From NCBI RefSeq assembly GCF_004010195.1, contig NC_057718.1:55047086-55080205 (forward strand): 33,120 nucleotides of DNA, in the 5' to 3' direction. Positions 11,259 to 22,686 of this stretch are shown piece after piece. The position numbers and the translations under genes are program-made. Below the pieces are notes generated by a model, which saw nothing but the letters and a program-made list of their open reading frames with translations, was not told where the DNA came from and did not search any database. Position 1 is the first letter of the stretch. Each line of letters begins with the position of its first letter. Source of the DNA: Chiloscyllium plagiosum (lineage: Eukaryota).

Positions 11259-12764
11259 AGAGATTCCAAACATGTGCAGCATTGAGGGACTTGGTGTTCT
11301 TATGCTTGAAACGCAAAAAGACAATAGGTTGCTGAAACAAATAATGACCTTTGGCATTTATTGCTTGTCAGTTGGTGTTTAAAATAGAGAAGTCCTCTTA
11401 CTGTCCAAGGCACTGGTGAGGCTGTACCTGTGGTACTGTGTACAGTTTTGGTCCCCATATTTAGGAAATGATACACCGGCATTGCAGGTGTATCATTCAA
11501 AGCTGAAGTTCACTAGACTAAATAAGAGATGAAGGGGATGACTTATAAAGATGGCTAAACACATTAAGCCCTTATTCAGTGGAGTTTAGAAGAATGAGAG
11601 CTATTTTATTGATTCTATAAAACATATAGGATTCCAAGGAGTCTTGTTGAGGTAGATGTTGAGAAGGTATTTCCATTAGAGGGGAAATTTCAAACAAGAG
11701 TGTATAGTTACAGAATAAGAGGACACGCAGATCGCATTGAACAAGGGGCAGGCTCGAGGGGCTGAATGGCGTATTCCTGTTTCTATTTCCACTCGTTTAA
11801 AACTGAGATGTGAAGGAATTTCTTCTTCCAGAGGATAGTGAATGTCTGGAATTCTCGATCACAGAAAACTGTAGAGGTTAGAATATTACAAGAATTTAAG
11901 GAGAGAGATTTTTGAAATTTCAAGGAGTTGACAGCAATGATAATGTTGTGGGGAGGGATGTTGTTGGCAGTTTGACAGGTTACTGGCTGCCAGCTAACGT
12001 AAGGTCTTTGTTTAAATCAGGGCCCAGTGCTGGTGGCTCTGCATCAGGAGACAATGTGGCTGCCCACCTCCAGAAGCTGAGTTATCGACAGTTCCAGTAA
12101 CTGGTTGTTAATATGCCAGCTAATGTGAGACTACACCATGACAGGTCAGAGTAAGAGGGCCTTGGCCCCAGCTTGTAGTTCTGCCTCTGCATTCCTGCTA
12201 GATTCCAAAAATCTCAATCAATATTTCTTCTCTTCTCCACTCATTTTGTTTTCTTTTTATTCAGTCTGTTGTGGTTGTCTTATATACATTAGTTTTAATG
12301 GTTTATGTAAGAAAGATTAATCTGTCTTTTAAAAATGCAGCCTGCTTTGTATTTCTAACATTTTATTTCCTTTGTTTCACAATGGCTCTATCTTAAATCA
12401 GTTTAAAGTGATTCTTAACTCCCAAAGGTTTGTTCCTGTGCCTTTCTTTTCTCAGAAAGCTAACATTTAAGCACAGAACTGTGTCTCAGTGAGAGTTTTC
12501 CCTGGAGATTCTACTGCAAGTTAGATGAATCTTCTGACCCCGTTTCAAATTGAATTTGGTCATTACAGTCTGAGTGCAGGCTATTACCTGCATTCATGTA
12601 CAATGAGCTATTGAGACTGGCTTTTCTCACTCTCCAATACTGGCAGTCTAATTTGTCTTTCAATTTCAGAAGTATCTTTTCTAGAGCCTGTGGCCCAATC
12701 CAACATATAGATCTATATGGACTTTGCCCTTCTCAAAGACCATCACAGTATGCATTTTAAAAAC

Positions 12765-14715
12765 ATATTCATTCATGGGATGTTAATATCTCTAAGACAA
12801 CACTTATTACCCACCCCTAATTACCCTCAAGAAGAAGATGGTGAGTTGCTGCCTTGAACTGTTCCAAGATTATGACCCAGCAGCACTGAAGGAATGGTGA
12901 TATTGTTTCAAGTCAGAATGGTTTGTGACTTGAAGGGAACTTGCAGGTGATAGTATTCCACCGCATCTGTTGTTCTTGACTTACTCGCTGGTACACATTG
13001 CTACCATTGCTTTGGTGGTGGAGTGAATATGGAAGATGGTCAGTAAGATACCAATCAAGCCGGCTGCTTTATTTTGGGTGGTGTTAAGCTTCTTGAGTGT
13101 ATTTGGTGTGGATCTATTACTGTCTGACCTGTTCTTGTAGCCATAACATTTATGTGGCCTGTCTAGTTCAGCTTCTGTTTAATCCACAGGGCTCAGTGTT
13201 GGGGCCGCAGCTGTTCACGTTACATATTAATGATCTGGATGAAGGGACTGGGGGCATTCTAACGAAGTTTGCCGATGATACGAAGATAGGTGGACAGGCA
13301 GGTAGTACTGAGGAAGTGGGGAGGCTGCAGAAGGATCTAGACAAATTAGGAGAGTGGTCCAGGAAATGGCTGATGAAGTTCAATGTGAGCAATTGCGAGG
13401 TCTTGCACTTTGGAAAAAAGAATACAAGCATGGACTACTTTCTAAACGGTGAGAAAATTCATAAAGCCAAAGTACAAAGGGATCTGGGAGTGCTAGTTGA
13501 GGATTCTCTAAAGGTAAACATGCAGGTTGAATCCGTGATTAAGAAAGCAAATGCAATGTTGTCATTTATCTCAAGAGGATTGGAATATAAAAGCAGGGAT
13601 GTGCTACTGAGACTTTATAAGGCTCTGGTTAGGCCCCATTTGGAGTACTGTGTCCAGTTTTGGGCCCCACACCTCAGGAGGGACATACTGGCACTGGAGC
13701 GTGTCCAGCGGAGATTCACACGGATGATACCTGAAATGGTAGGTCCAACATATGAGGAACGGCTGAGGATCCTGGGATTGTACTCATTGGCGTTTAGAAG
13801 GTTAAGGGGAGATCTGATAGAAACTTACAAGATAATACATGGCTTGGGAATGGGTGGACGCTAAGAAATTGTTTCCGTTAGGTGGGGAGACTAGGACCCG
13901 TGGGCACAGCCTTAAAATTAGAGGGGGTCAATTCAGAACAGAAATGCGGAGACATTTCTTCAGAGTCTCCGCATTAGGAGAGTGGTGGGCCTGTGGAATT
14001 CATTGCCGCGGAGTGCAGTGGAGGCCGGGACGCTAAATGTCTTCAAGGCAGAGATTGATAAATTCTTGATGTCACAAGGAATTAAGGGCTACGGGGAGAA
14101 TGTGGATAAGTGGAGTTCAAATGCCCATCAGCCATGATTAAATGGCGGAGTGGACTCGATGGGCCGAATGGCCTTACTTCCACTCCTATGTCTTATGGTC
14201 TTATGGTCTAATGCAGCCAGGATGTTGATAGGAGGAAACAGCATTGACTGTCAAGAGGACATGGTTAGATTCTCTCTTGTTTGAGATGGTCATTGTCTGG
14301 CACTTCTGTGGTACGAATGCTAATTGTCACTTGTCAGCCTGAACTGAATGTTCTATGCATCTTGCTGCATGATAAACTCAAGCTTCAGTATCTGAGGAGT
14401 CGTGAATAGTGCTGAACATTGTGCAATCATCAGTGAACATCCCAGTTCTGACCTTATGATGGAGGGAAAGTCATTGATGAAGCAGTTGAAGAAGATTAGG
14501 CCTAGCACAGTCCTCAAAGGAATTCTGGCAGAGATGTCCTGGAGCAGAGATGATTGACATCCAACAACCTTCTTTTGTGTTATGTATGACTCCAACCAGC
14601 AGACAGATTTCCTACTGATTCCTGTTGACTCCAGTTTTCCTTGGGCTCCTTGATGTCATACTTGTTCAGATACTACTTTGTTACCAAGGATAGTGAGTTT
14701 CATCTTACCTCACGT
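12765..14715 (-). mobile_element. Family B LINE fragment split by a younger CR1 (pieces 12765-13183 and 14209-14715)
   Basis: Tail matches 4958-5060. The RT motif TVLGLIFFNCFINDFPSIIRSE is in the minus ORF 14353-14595. The two pieces join across the insertion. Confidence 0.8.
13184..14208 (+). mobile_element. Young 5'-truncated CR1 LINE
   Basis: About 220 open codons PQGSVLGP…KFADDTK…RPHLEYCVQFW…LRGDLIETYK, one frameshift near 13850, and a terminal (ttatggtc)2 octamer repeat typical of CR1. Confidence 0.95.
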
Positions 14716-14974
14716 CTTTTATTTACTGCCAGTCACAACTGGATGTGGCAGGATAGGAAAGCTTAGATGTGACTTGCTGCTTGTGAGATCACTTAACTCT
14801 GACCATTGCTTGCTATTTCCACTTTTTGGCCTGCAATTAGTTCAGGAGGCAGGACCTCCTTTTTTTTATCTACGTAGAAATGCTAAATCGCTACCCTTTA
14901 GACTCTGAACTTCATTCTATATTCAAACAAAACAGACTATTAAAGTACTGTTTAAAGACCCTGACATTTTTCAA

Positions 14975-15977
14975 ACTGGAAGCCTGTGACTAGCAGTATG
15001 CCACAGCGATCAGTACTGGGTCCACTGTTATTCCTCATTTATATAAATGATTTGGATGAGAATTTAGGAGTTATGGTTTGTAACTTTGTGAATGGTGCCT
15101 GGATTGGTAGTATAGTGGACAGTGAAGAAGTTTATTTGGAAATACAGCAAGATTTTGATCAACTGGGCCAGTGGGCTGAGGATGGCAGATGGAGTTTAAT
15201 TTTGCCTTTTGATAGGTCAAACCATGGCAGGACTTACACTGTCAATAGTGAGTTCCTGGGGTATTATAGAACAAAGACATTTAGGGGTACAGGTTCATAG
15301 CTCCTTGAAAGTGGAGTCATGGTTAAACAGGGTGGTGAAGAAGGCTTTGGGCATGCTAACTTTCATTGGTCTGAGCATTGAGCATAAAAGTTGAGACATC
15401 TTGTTGCAGCTGTACAAGATGTTGGTAAGACCACATTTGGATTACTGTATGAGTTCTGGTCACCCTACTGTGGAAAGAAAGAATATTATTAAATTAGAAA
15501 ATGTGCAGAAAATATTTACTAGGATGCTACCTCAACTGGAAGGTTTGTGTTATTAGGAGTGGCTTGATAGACTAGAACTTTTTTTCCCTGGTGCAGAGGA
15601 GATTGAGGGTTGACCTTATTGATGTCTGTAAAATAATGAGAGGCATAGAGAAGGTAGGAAGCCAACAGCTTTTCCCCATGGTAGGGGAGTCTAAAATGAG
15701 AGGGTTTCAGGTGGGAGGGGAGACATACAAAAGATCCGGGGGCAATTTTTTCACGCAGAGGATAGTTAGTGTCTGGAATGGACTGCTAGAGGTAGTGGTG
15801 GAAGTTAGTACAATTTGGTCATTTAAGAAACATTGGGACAGGAACATAGATGGGATAGGTATGGAGGGATATGGACCAAACAGAGGCATATGGAACTAGA
15901 TTAATTGTGAAAACTGGGCAGCGTGGACAAGTTGGGCAAAGTGCCTGTTCTCATGCTGTAAACTGCTATGACTCTCC
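14975..15977 (+). mobile_element. CR1 (HER1-like) 3' fragment, decayed
   Basis: PQRSVLGPLLFLIYINDLD, RRLRVDLIDVCKIMRG, FFTQRIVSVWN, and tail atgctgtaaactgctatgactct. Confidence 0.9.
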
Positions 15978-15984
15978 ATGGGCT

Positions 15985-16099
15985 GAGGTTTATGAAAAAG
16001 TAGCTGAGACCTGCGGCAGATCAGCCATGATCTTGTAGAATGGTAAGGCATAACTCAGAGACCAAATGGCCTATTCTCCCAGTCCCATTTCTTATGTTC
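15985..16099 (+). mobile_element. Isolated CR1 3' tail
   Basis: cagatcagccatgatcttgtagaatgg…ccaaatggcctattc…cttatgttc, as in the other CR1 tails here. Confidence 0.65.
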
Positions 16100-16415
16100 A
16101 AGGGATTGAGTGTAAAATCAAGACTATACACCAGTACAGTACGGGGCAGTGCTACACTGCTGAACATACTGTTTCTTAGATAAGACATTAAACCAAGGCC
16201 CCATATACCTGCTTGGGTAAATGTAAAAGAATCTATGGCTCTATTTCAATAAGAGCAGGGTGTCCTAGCAAAAATTTATCTCTCAGTCAACATCACATAA
16301 AGAAAATTGTCAGTTTCACATTGGTGCTTATGGGAGATGTGTTTACATTGGCCACCATATTTGCTACATTTCAAGAGTGACTACACTTGAAAGTACTTCA
16401 TTGGCTGTTTAGCAT
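16100..16415 (+). mobile_element. Deu-domain SINE (SacSINE1/AmnSINE1-like)
   Basis: Recognisable Deu core (agacattaaaccaaggcccc…gtaaaagaatctatggctctatttc…aagagcaggg…gtgtcctagc…atttatctctcagtcaacatcac) and 3' part gtgactacacttgaaagtacttcattggctgt. Confidence 0.75.
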
Positions 16416-16424
16416 ACACTCCTG

Positions 16425-17120
16425 TCTTGCAGCTTTATTAGGTTGTCATCTCATTTTTAAATATGCCAGCACTACTTCTGCCATGCTGTCCTGCACACCT
16501 CATTGAAAAAATTTAGTTTCCTGATTGGATGGCAACGTTAGAATGAGAGATATGCTGGGCCAAAAGTTAAAGATCATGGTTGAGTATAATTCTGCTGCAT
16601 GTCATAGGGGCCTAATTTTGAACTGATAGATCTGTTCTGAATCAATTCCATATGGAATGCAGTGGAGCTTCATACGAGGACACATAGTGTCCTCAGTATG
16701 AAAATGGGAATTTACCTTCACAAGGACTGTGCAATTGGACACTGCTACCAATGCTGTCATGGACAGATGCATCTATCACACGTAAAATGTTAAGGGCAAG
16801 CTTTTTTCTCTTGTTGGTTTTCTCACTGCCTGCTGGAAATTCGGGATTTAGTCACATCTCTCAGTACGGGTTCTACAAAGCCAATCTTAATGATGAACAT
16901 TAAAGTCCTGCAATCAGAGTATGTGCTATGCCCTTCCCATTCTTGGTGTTCAACATGTAGGAGTACTGATTGTTCAGATGAAGAAAGCAGTGGATGGTAA
17001 TCGCCAGAAATATTACTTGTCCATGTTTCACCTGATGGCCTGAGAACATATGGAGACTGGAGTCAATGTTAATGACTCTCATGACTACTACTCTCGAGTG
17101 AATATCACAGTTGTCACCAT
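16425..17120 (-). mobile_element. Internal (endonuclease-region) fragment, probably LINE family B, heavily decayed
   Basis: Minus ORF VINIDSSLHMFSGHQVKHGQV.FLAITIHC resembles an APE endonuclease segment, and a decayed GDFNVHH-like stretch lies near 16890-16910. Confidence 0.6.
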
Positions 17121-17487
17121 TTGCTTATCTAAGTGATATCTAGTGTGCACCTTTTCACAGTGTGTGACTCCAGTGTTTTCTCATCTGCAGTTTCCTGGAA
17201 GTTCACATATACAGTCAGCCATTCTTGCTGTTCAAAAATCACTGTGACGTTTTCTTGGAAAGCACCCCCTTTGAAAACTGGGACTTTACTATAGTTAGGC
17301 AGTTACTTAATCAACCTGTGGGACAGCTATTCCAATTATGGGACAAGTTGCCAGATGTTTAGTGAGAAGACTTTGCAGGGTAATCAGGTATAGGTTGTGG
17401 CTTTTTCATTTCGATTATTGAGACTGATGCAGAGTAGACAATCCAATTTTATTCTTGTTAAATTTTTATGTAGAGATTTAGTAGATG

Positions 17488-17600
17488 TGGGTGGCTTGCT
17501 AGGCCATTTCAGAGGGCAGTTAAAAATCAACATGTTGCTATGGGTTTGAAATCACATGTATGCTGAGTTGGGCAAGGATGACATATTTCCATCCCTGAGG
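17488..17600 (-). mobile_element. SINE fragment (same family as 1-138), truncated by CR1
   Basis: gtggcttgctaggccatttcagagggcagttaa…tcacatgta…atttccatccctgagg, recalled as a shark SINE body. Confidence 0.55.
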
Positions 17601-17601
17601 C

Positions 17602-20600
17602 ATATAGGAGCAGAAAAAGGCCATTTGACCTTTCAAGCCTGCTCCACCATTCAATATGATTCTGGTTATTCATTGAGCTCAATATCCTAATCCTGCACCC
17701 CCCTCACCATCGTTTCTCGCACCCCCGCCCCCAACATATCCCTTAATCCCTTTAGCCACAAGAGCTCCATCCACCTCCTTCTTGAAAACACGATGTTTTG
17801 GCCTCAACCACTTTCTGTGCTAGTGACTTCTACAAGCTCACCACTCTGTGTGAAGACATTTCTCATCTTGTAAAAGGTTTATCCCATTTCCTTATATAAT
17901 GGTTCTAGACTCCCCCTCTAATTGGAAACACCCTTCCTGCTTTTAACCTGTGTAATCCTGTTAGAATTTCATAGATTTGTATGAGATCCCCCTCATTCTT
18001 GTAAACTCCAGTGAATATAATCCTAACTGATTCAATCTCTCCTCGTACATCTGCCCAGCCACCTCTATAGCAAGAACGTCTTCCCTCAAATAAGGAGATC
18101 AAAATGGCATACACGACTTCAAGTGTGGCCTCACTAGTATCCTGTATAATTGCAACAAGACATCCTTGTTCCTGTGCTCATCTTGAAGGCCAAGATACAG
18201 TTTGCATTTTTTATGGCCTGCTGCACCTGTGTGCTTTTGGAACTGGTGCACGAGGACACTCAGGTTTCATTGAACATTTCCCTCTCTTAATCTGCAGCCA
18301 TTCAAATAATAATCTGCTTTCCTATTTTTGCTACCAAAGTGAATAACCTCGCATTTATCCACATTAAACTGGATTTGTCATGTATTTCCCCATTCTCTCA
18401 GCCTGTCCAAATCACATTGCAACATCTCTGCATCTTCATTACAGCTCTCCCTTCCACCCAACTTGGTGTCATCTCTAAATTCTGACATATTACATTCAGT
18501 TCCCTCATCTAAATCATTAACATATATTGCCAAAGCTGCGGTCCTCGTACCACTCCTTATCGTATCCCATTAGATGTTGCTTGCCTTTCAGAAAAAAATC
18601 CCATTTTCCTATTCTTTGTTTCCTGCCTACTAACCAATTTTCTCTCCCTCTCAATACACGAACTGATCCCATGCACTTTAATTTTACACACTAATCTCTT
18701 ATGTGGGAGTCTGTTGAAAGTAAATGAAAGTTCAAACAAGCCACATCCACTAGCTCTTCCTGATAAACTGTTCAAGTTATGCCCTCAAATAATTCCAGTA
18801 GATTTCTCAAGCATGATTTCCCTTTTGTAAATCCATGCTGACTGTTTACCACAGTTGTTAATGTGCTCTGCAATAACATCCTTGATTAAAGGACTCTGGT
18901 GACTTTCCCATTACTGATGTCAGACTTACTAATCTGAAGTTTCCTGTTTTTTCTCTACCTCTCTTTTCAAATAGTGGGGTAACCTGAGCTACCCTCCAAT
19001 CTGTAGGAATTGTTTCAGTGTCTAAAGGATCTTGGAAAATGACCATCAGGTCATCCACTATTTCTAGGGCCACTTTCTTAAGTACTCCACAATGTAGATA
19101 ATTAAGCCCTAGTAATTTACCAGCCTTCAATGCCATCAATTTATCCAACACCATTTCTCTACTAATACTGATTTGCCATGGTTTGGCCACTGTGGTCTTT
19201 GCACTCTTGTGCCAGACAGGAATAAATAATTTTTGTAGTTCACACCTTTACTCTTTGAATATTTGTCTTTGCTTATCCACTGTCATTCCTTTCAGAAACA
19301 TTTCCCAATCACTCATAGCCAACTCATGCCTCATATCATCATGGTTTCCCTTATTAAGATCTTCTGACCCTAGTCTCATTATCAACTACCTCACTCTCCA
19401 CCTTGATAAAGAATCCTATCATATCATGATTGCTTATCCCCAAGTGGTCTCTCACAACTACTTATGCCTTTCTCATTACTTAGTACCCAGACTAAGATGG
19501 CCTATTCTGGAGATGGTTCCTCAACATATTGATCCAGGAAGCCATCCTGTATACACTCTTAGAATTCCTCCTTGATGGTATTGTGACTAATTTAGTTTGC
19601 CCAATCAATATACAGACTAAAGTCACCCCTACAATGGCATGGTGGCTCCGTGGTTAGGTCAGTGCTGTTTTATAGTGCCAGAGACTAGGGTTCGATTCTA
19701 CCCTCAGGAGACTGTGTGGAGTTTGCACATTCTCTCCTTGTCTGTTTGGGTTTTCTCTGGCTGTTCTTGTTTCTTCCCACAGCCCAAAGATGTGCACGTT
19801 ATATGGATTAGCCATGGGAAATGCAAGGTTACAGGGATGGGGATAGAATGCTCTTCGGAGGGTCACTGTGGACTTGATGAGCCAAATGACCTGCTTCCAC
19901 ACTGTAGGAATTCTGTCATTCTAAATTACAAATGTTCCTCTATGCATGCTTCTCTAATTTCCTGTTGAATGCCATTCTCAGCATCTTGGTATTTCTCAGT
20001 TCTACCCACATAAATTCTACAATATCAGAGGTAATATCTTTCCTCAATATTATGTTTATACCTCTTTAACCAGTATGACAACCCCACTGCCTTTTCCTTT
20101 TTGTTCATCCTTCCTAAATACAGAATACCTCTGGATGTTCCACCCCTCCCTCCCCCGTCACTCCACAAGCCTAACTATGTCGTACCTGTTTCCACCTATT
20201 TGTGCAATTTATTCATCCACTTTATTTTGATGCTCTGTGCATTCAGGCACAAAGCCTTAAAGCTTGTCTTTTTAATGTTCCTTACCAATTAATATTCAGA
20301 TACCAATTTCTTTTTTTTTACTATGAACTTGTTTGAGTCCAGCCGTTGATTCCACTCCCTATCACTTCTCTTATTTCTATTTCTGTTTTTTGCTCTTGTC
20401 TTTGATTTCCCTTCTTCTGACTCCTTGTATAGATTCTCATCTTCCTGCTAATTTAGTTTGAACCCTCCCCAATCACCCTAGCAAATACTCTGTCGAAGGA
20501 ATCAGTCCTGGTCTGCCCAGGTGTAACGTGTCCAGTTTGTACTGGCCCCACCATCCCAGAACTGGTCTCAATGCCTCAGGGATCTAAAACCCTCCTCTTC

Positions 20601-20740
20601 ACTCCATCTCTTTAACCAGTGTTCATCTGATATATTCTGCTGTTTTTACTTTGATTAATACTGGTGTAATCCTGAGGTCTAGAAGTGTACCAGATTAGCT
20701 CAATGGCTTCTGGTCAAGCAATAGCTTTACTTTTAAAACT
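17602..20740 (-). mobile_element. Near-full-length decayed CR1 LINE
   Basis: Tail at 17602 (cataggagcagaa..aggccatt-like). RT peptide IPTDWRVAQVTPLFEKRGREKTGNFRLVSLTSVMGK (18858-19190). GDFSL endonuclease remnant near 19620. ORF1 remnant at ~20460-20740. Confidence 0.88.
19636..19925 (+). mobile_element. HE1-type V-SINE nested in CR1
   Basis: tRNA head with A box (tggctccgtggttag) and B box (ggttcgattc), V-domain (tgtgtggagtttgcacattctc…ttcccacagcccaaagatgtgc) and a LINE-derived tail (gccaaatgacctgcttccacactgtaggaattct). Confidence 0.88.
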
Positions 20741-21143
20741 TCTCATACCTATTTTCAAATCCCTCATTGGTCTCCTCCGTTCCCAAATTGGAATACTTTT
20801 CCAACTCTACTCCTTTTTTGATTAGATCTTTGGGCATCCCCACCATGTGTTCTTCATTTGATTTTCACAAAGGCACTGGATGATTATTTAAGTAGTAACA
20901 ATTTGCTGGGCTAAGGAGTTAAGGGAGGAGATTAGCACCAGGTTAAAATGCTCAGAGACCGGGGATCTAAGATGGCGGCGATCTGAGAAGATCACACTGC
21001 AGAGCTTCGCATCGCAGCAGGAGCAGGACGGTCCTTTAACCCACCCAACCCAGGTCATCAGGATTTCTTGGGGTGTTGGAAAGATTGTGGAGCCCCAAGA
21101 ACCATTTAAAAATTGACTTACCTGTATTTTCAGCTGTCCAGAA

Positions 21144-21959
21144 ATGCCTAAAAAGAGAGGAGGAGCAACTGAGGCCGGGTCTGCAGCTCAGCCTGCAGCA
21201 GCCTCGGAGCCGATTACTCTCCAGGACCTGGTGAACCAGCTCTCGAAATCTCACGAGATTTTGGGGAAACAGATTGACGAGAAGCTGGCTCCAGTCTCTC
21301 TCATGCTGCAGAAGCATGAGCAGCAGCTGGGAGACCTAGAGAAGAGGACGGATGAGGTGGAGTACAGGGTCATAGTGGTGGAAGCTGATGCCAGTTCATT
21401 CAAGGAAGAGATCCAAGCCCTGAAGACGCAGGTTCGTAATTTGCGTGACCAAGTGGATGATCTTGAAAACAGGGGCAGGAGAAAAAACATTCGGATCATC
21501 GGTCTGCCTGAGAGTAAGGAAAGTGAGCAGCCTGCGGAATTTGTTGAAGATTGGCTTCCGAAATTCCTTGACTTGGAGACTGGCATGAGAGGATTGAAGA
21601 TAGAGAGGGCTCACCGGGTCGCAGCACGGTGGTCGGGTCTGGGTCAACGCCCTCGTCCTTTCCTGGTGCGGTTCCATCGTTACCAGGATAAGGAGAGAGT
21701 CATGGAGGTTTCCAGACTCCAGGGGAAGGATCCAAAGGCCCTAATTTACGAGGGGTCTAAGATTATGTTTTTTCAGGAATTTTCAGTGGCGGTGATCCAG
21801 AAACGAAAATTGTCTGATCGTGTCAAGAGAAGATTGAAGGAACTTGGGATTCAGTACTCCCTGAGATATCCGGCAGTGCTTCGGATCACCTTAGATGGAT
21901 CCATGCATCTCTTTGACACATTGGAGAAGGCAAGAGACTTTGTGGACAAACTAACCTAA
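21144..21959 (+). CDS. L1 ORF1p (coiled coil, RRM, CTD), intact 271 aa
   Basis: Heptad region, then DDLENRGRRKNIRIIGLPE, IERAHRV, RPRPFLVRF and YSLRYPAVLRI, all L1 ORF1p hallmarks. Confidence 0.93.
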   Translation: MPKKRGGATEAGSAAQPAAASEPITLQDLVNQLSKSHEILGKQIDEKLAPVSLMLQKHEQQLGDLEKRTDEVEYRVIVVEADASSFKEEIQALKTQVRNLRDQVDDLENRGRRKNIRIIGLPESKESEQPAEFVEDWLPKFLDLETGMRGLKIERAHRVAARWSGLGQRPRPFLVRFHRYQDKERVMEVSRLQGKDPKALIYEGSKIMFFQEFSVAVIQKRKLSDRVKRRLKELGIQYSLRYPAVLRITLDGSMHLFDTLEKARDFVDKLT

Positions 21960-22521
21960 TTTAAACAATTGTAGTATGTATAAATATTGTTGCTTGGGTA
22001 TGCGTTTATCATTCTGTTAAAGAAATGGAGGAAATCCGGTTGGAGCTTTGTTTTTCCCCTTTTTTTTTCCTCTATTGATAATAATTTGGTTCAAACTATG
22101 TCTGGCGGTGGTTAAGGTGTACATTTTAAATTTCTAAGTTAGGACATACCAAAGGATGGGTGGGGTATTTATTCCCCTTTTTTAATGAAAGAATTTTTTT
22201 TATTCATATTGATATTCTATGGGGTGTTTATTCTTTTTAGCTTGTGCTTGCGATGCGGCTCTAGCTGGGAGAAGTGAAGGTGGTTGAGATAGTTAGATGT
22301 CTATTTATGGGCAGTTCGGGATGGGTAGTTGCCCCCTCCGGGCAGGGGGTGAGTTCCCCTACTCAGCGCTATTGGCGCTTTATATGTTGGTTTGTTTTCT
22401 GGTTTTTGTTGTTTTTTATTTTTAATAATTTTGTATGTTTGTTAAATGTAGTGGTTTTAGTTTATGTAATTTTTATATTTGGTGGACCATGCGACACTAA
22501 GGCTCAGCAATTTGTGGTTCG

Positions 22522-22686
22522 NNNNNNNNNNNNNNNNNNNNNNNNNNNNNNNNNNNNNNNNNNNNNNNNNNNNNNNNNNNNNNNNNNNNNNNNNNNNNNN
22601 NNNNNNNNNNNNNNNNNNNNNNNNNNNNNNNNNNNNNNNNNNNNNNNNNNNNNNNNNNNNNNNNNNNNNNNNNNNNNNNNNNNNNN
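22522..22686. other. Assembly gap (165 N)
   Basis: Run of N. Confidence 0.99.

Larger units (their letters stand above)
7609..11940 (+). mobile_element. Near-full-length decayed CR1 LINE (ORF1 SGNH-esterase remnant, APE endonuclease, RT) carrying nested insertions
   Basis: ORF1-like DPVVV…GTNNI and LKSRSRKVKISALLP (~7780-7920). Endonuclease GVVHRPP…IGDFNL (8742-8984). RT-region YGFMKGKSC, LHKIGAH. The CR1 continues after 11258. Confidence 0.85.

Noticed and set aside
13097..13864. 255-aa ORF as a functional RT gene
   Set aside because: The first ~29 residues are antisense of the flanking LINE; the rest is a 5'-truncated CR1 lacking the endonuclease and most of the RT.
19636..19705. tRNA gene
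   Set aside because: A and B boxes are present, but it is a SINE head with no complete cloverleaf; the same applies at 1975-2030.
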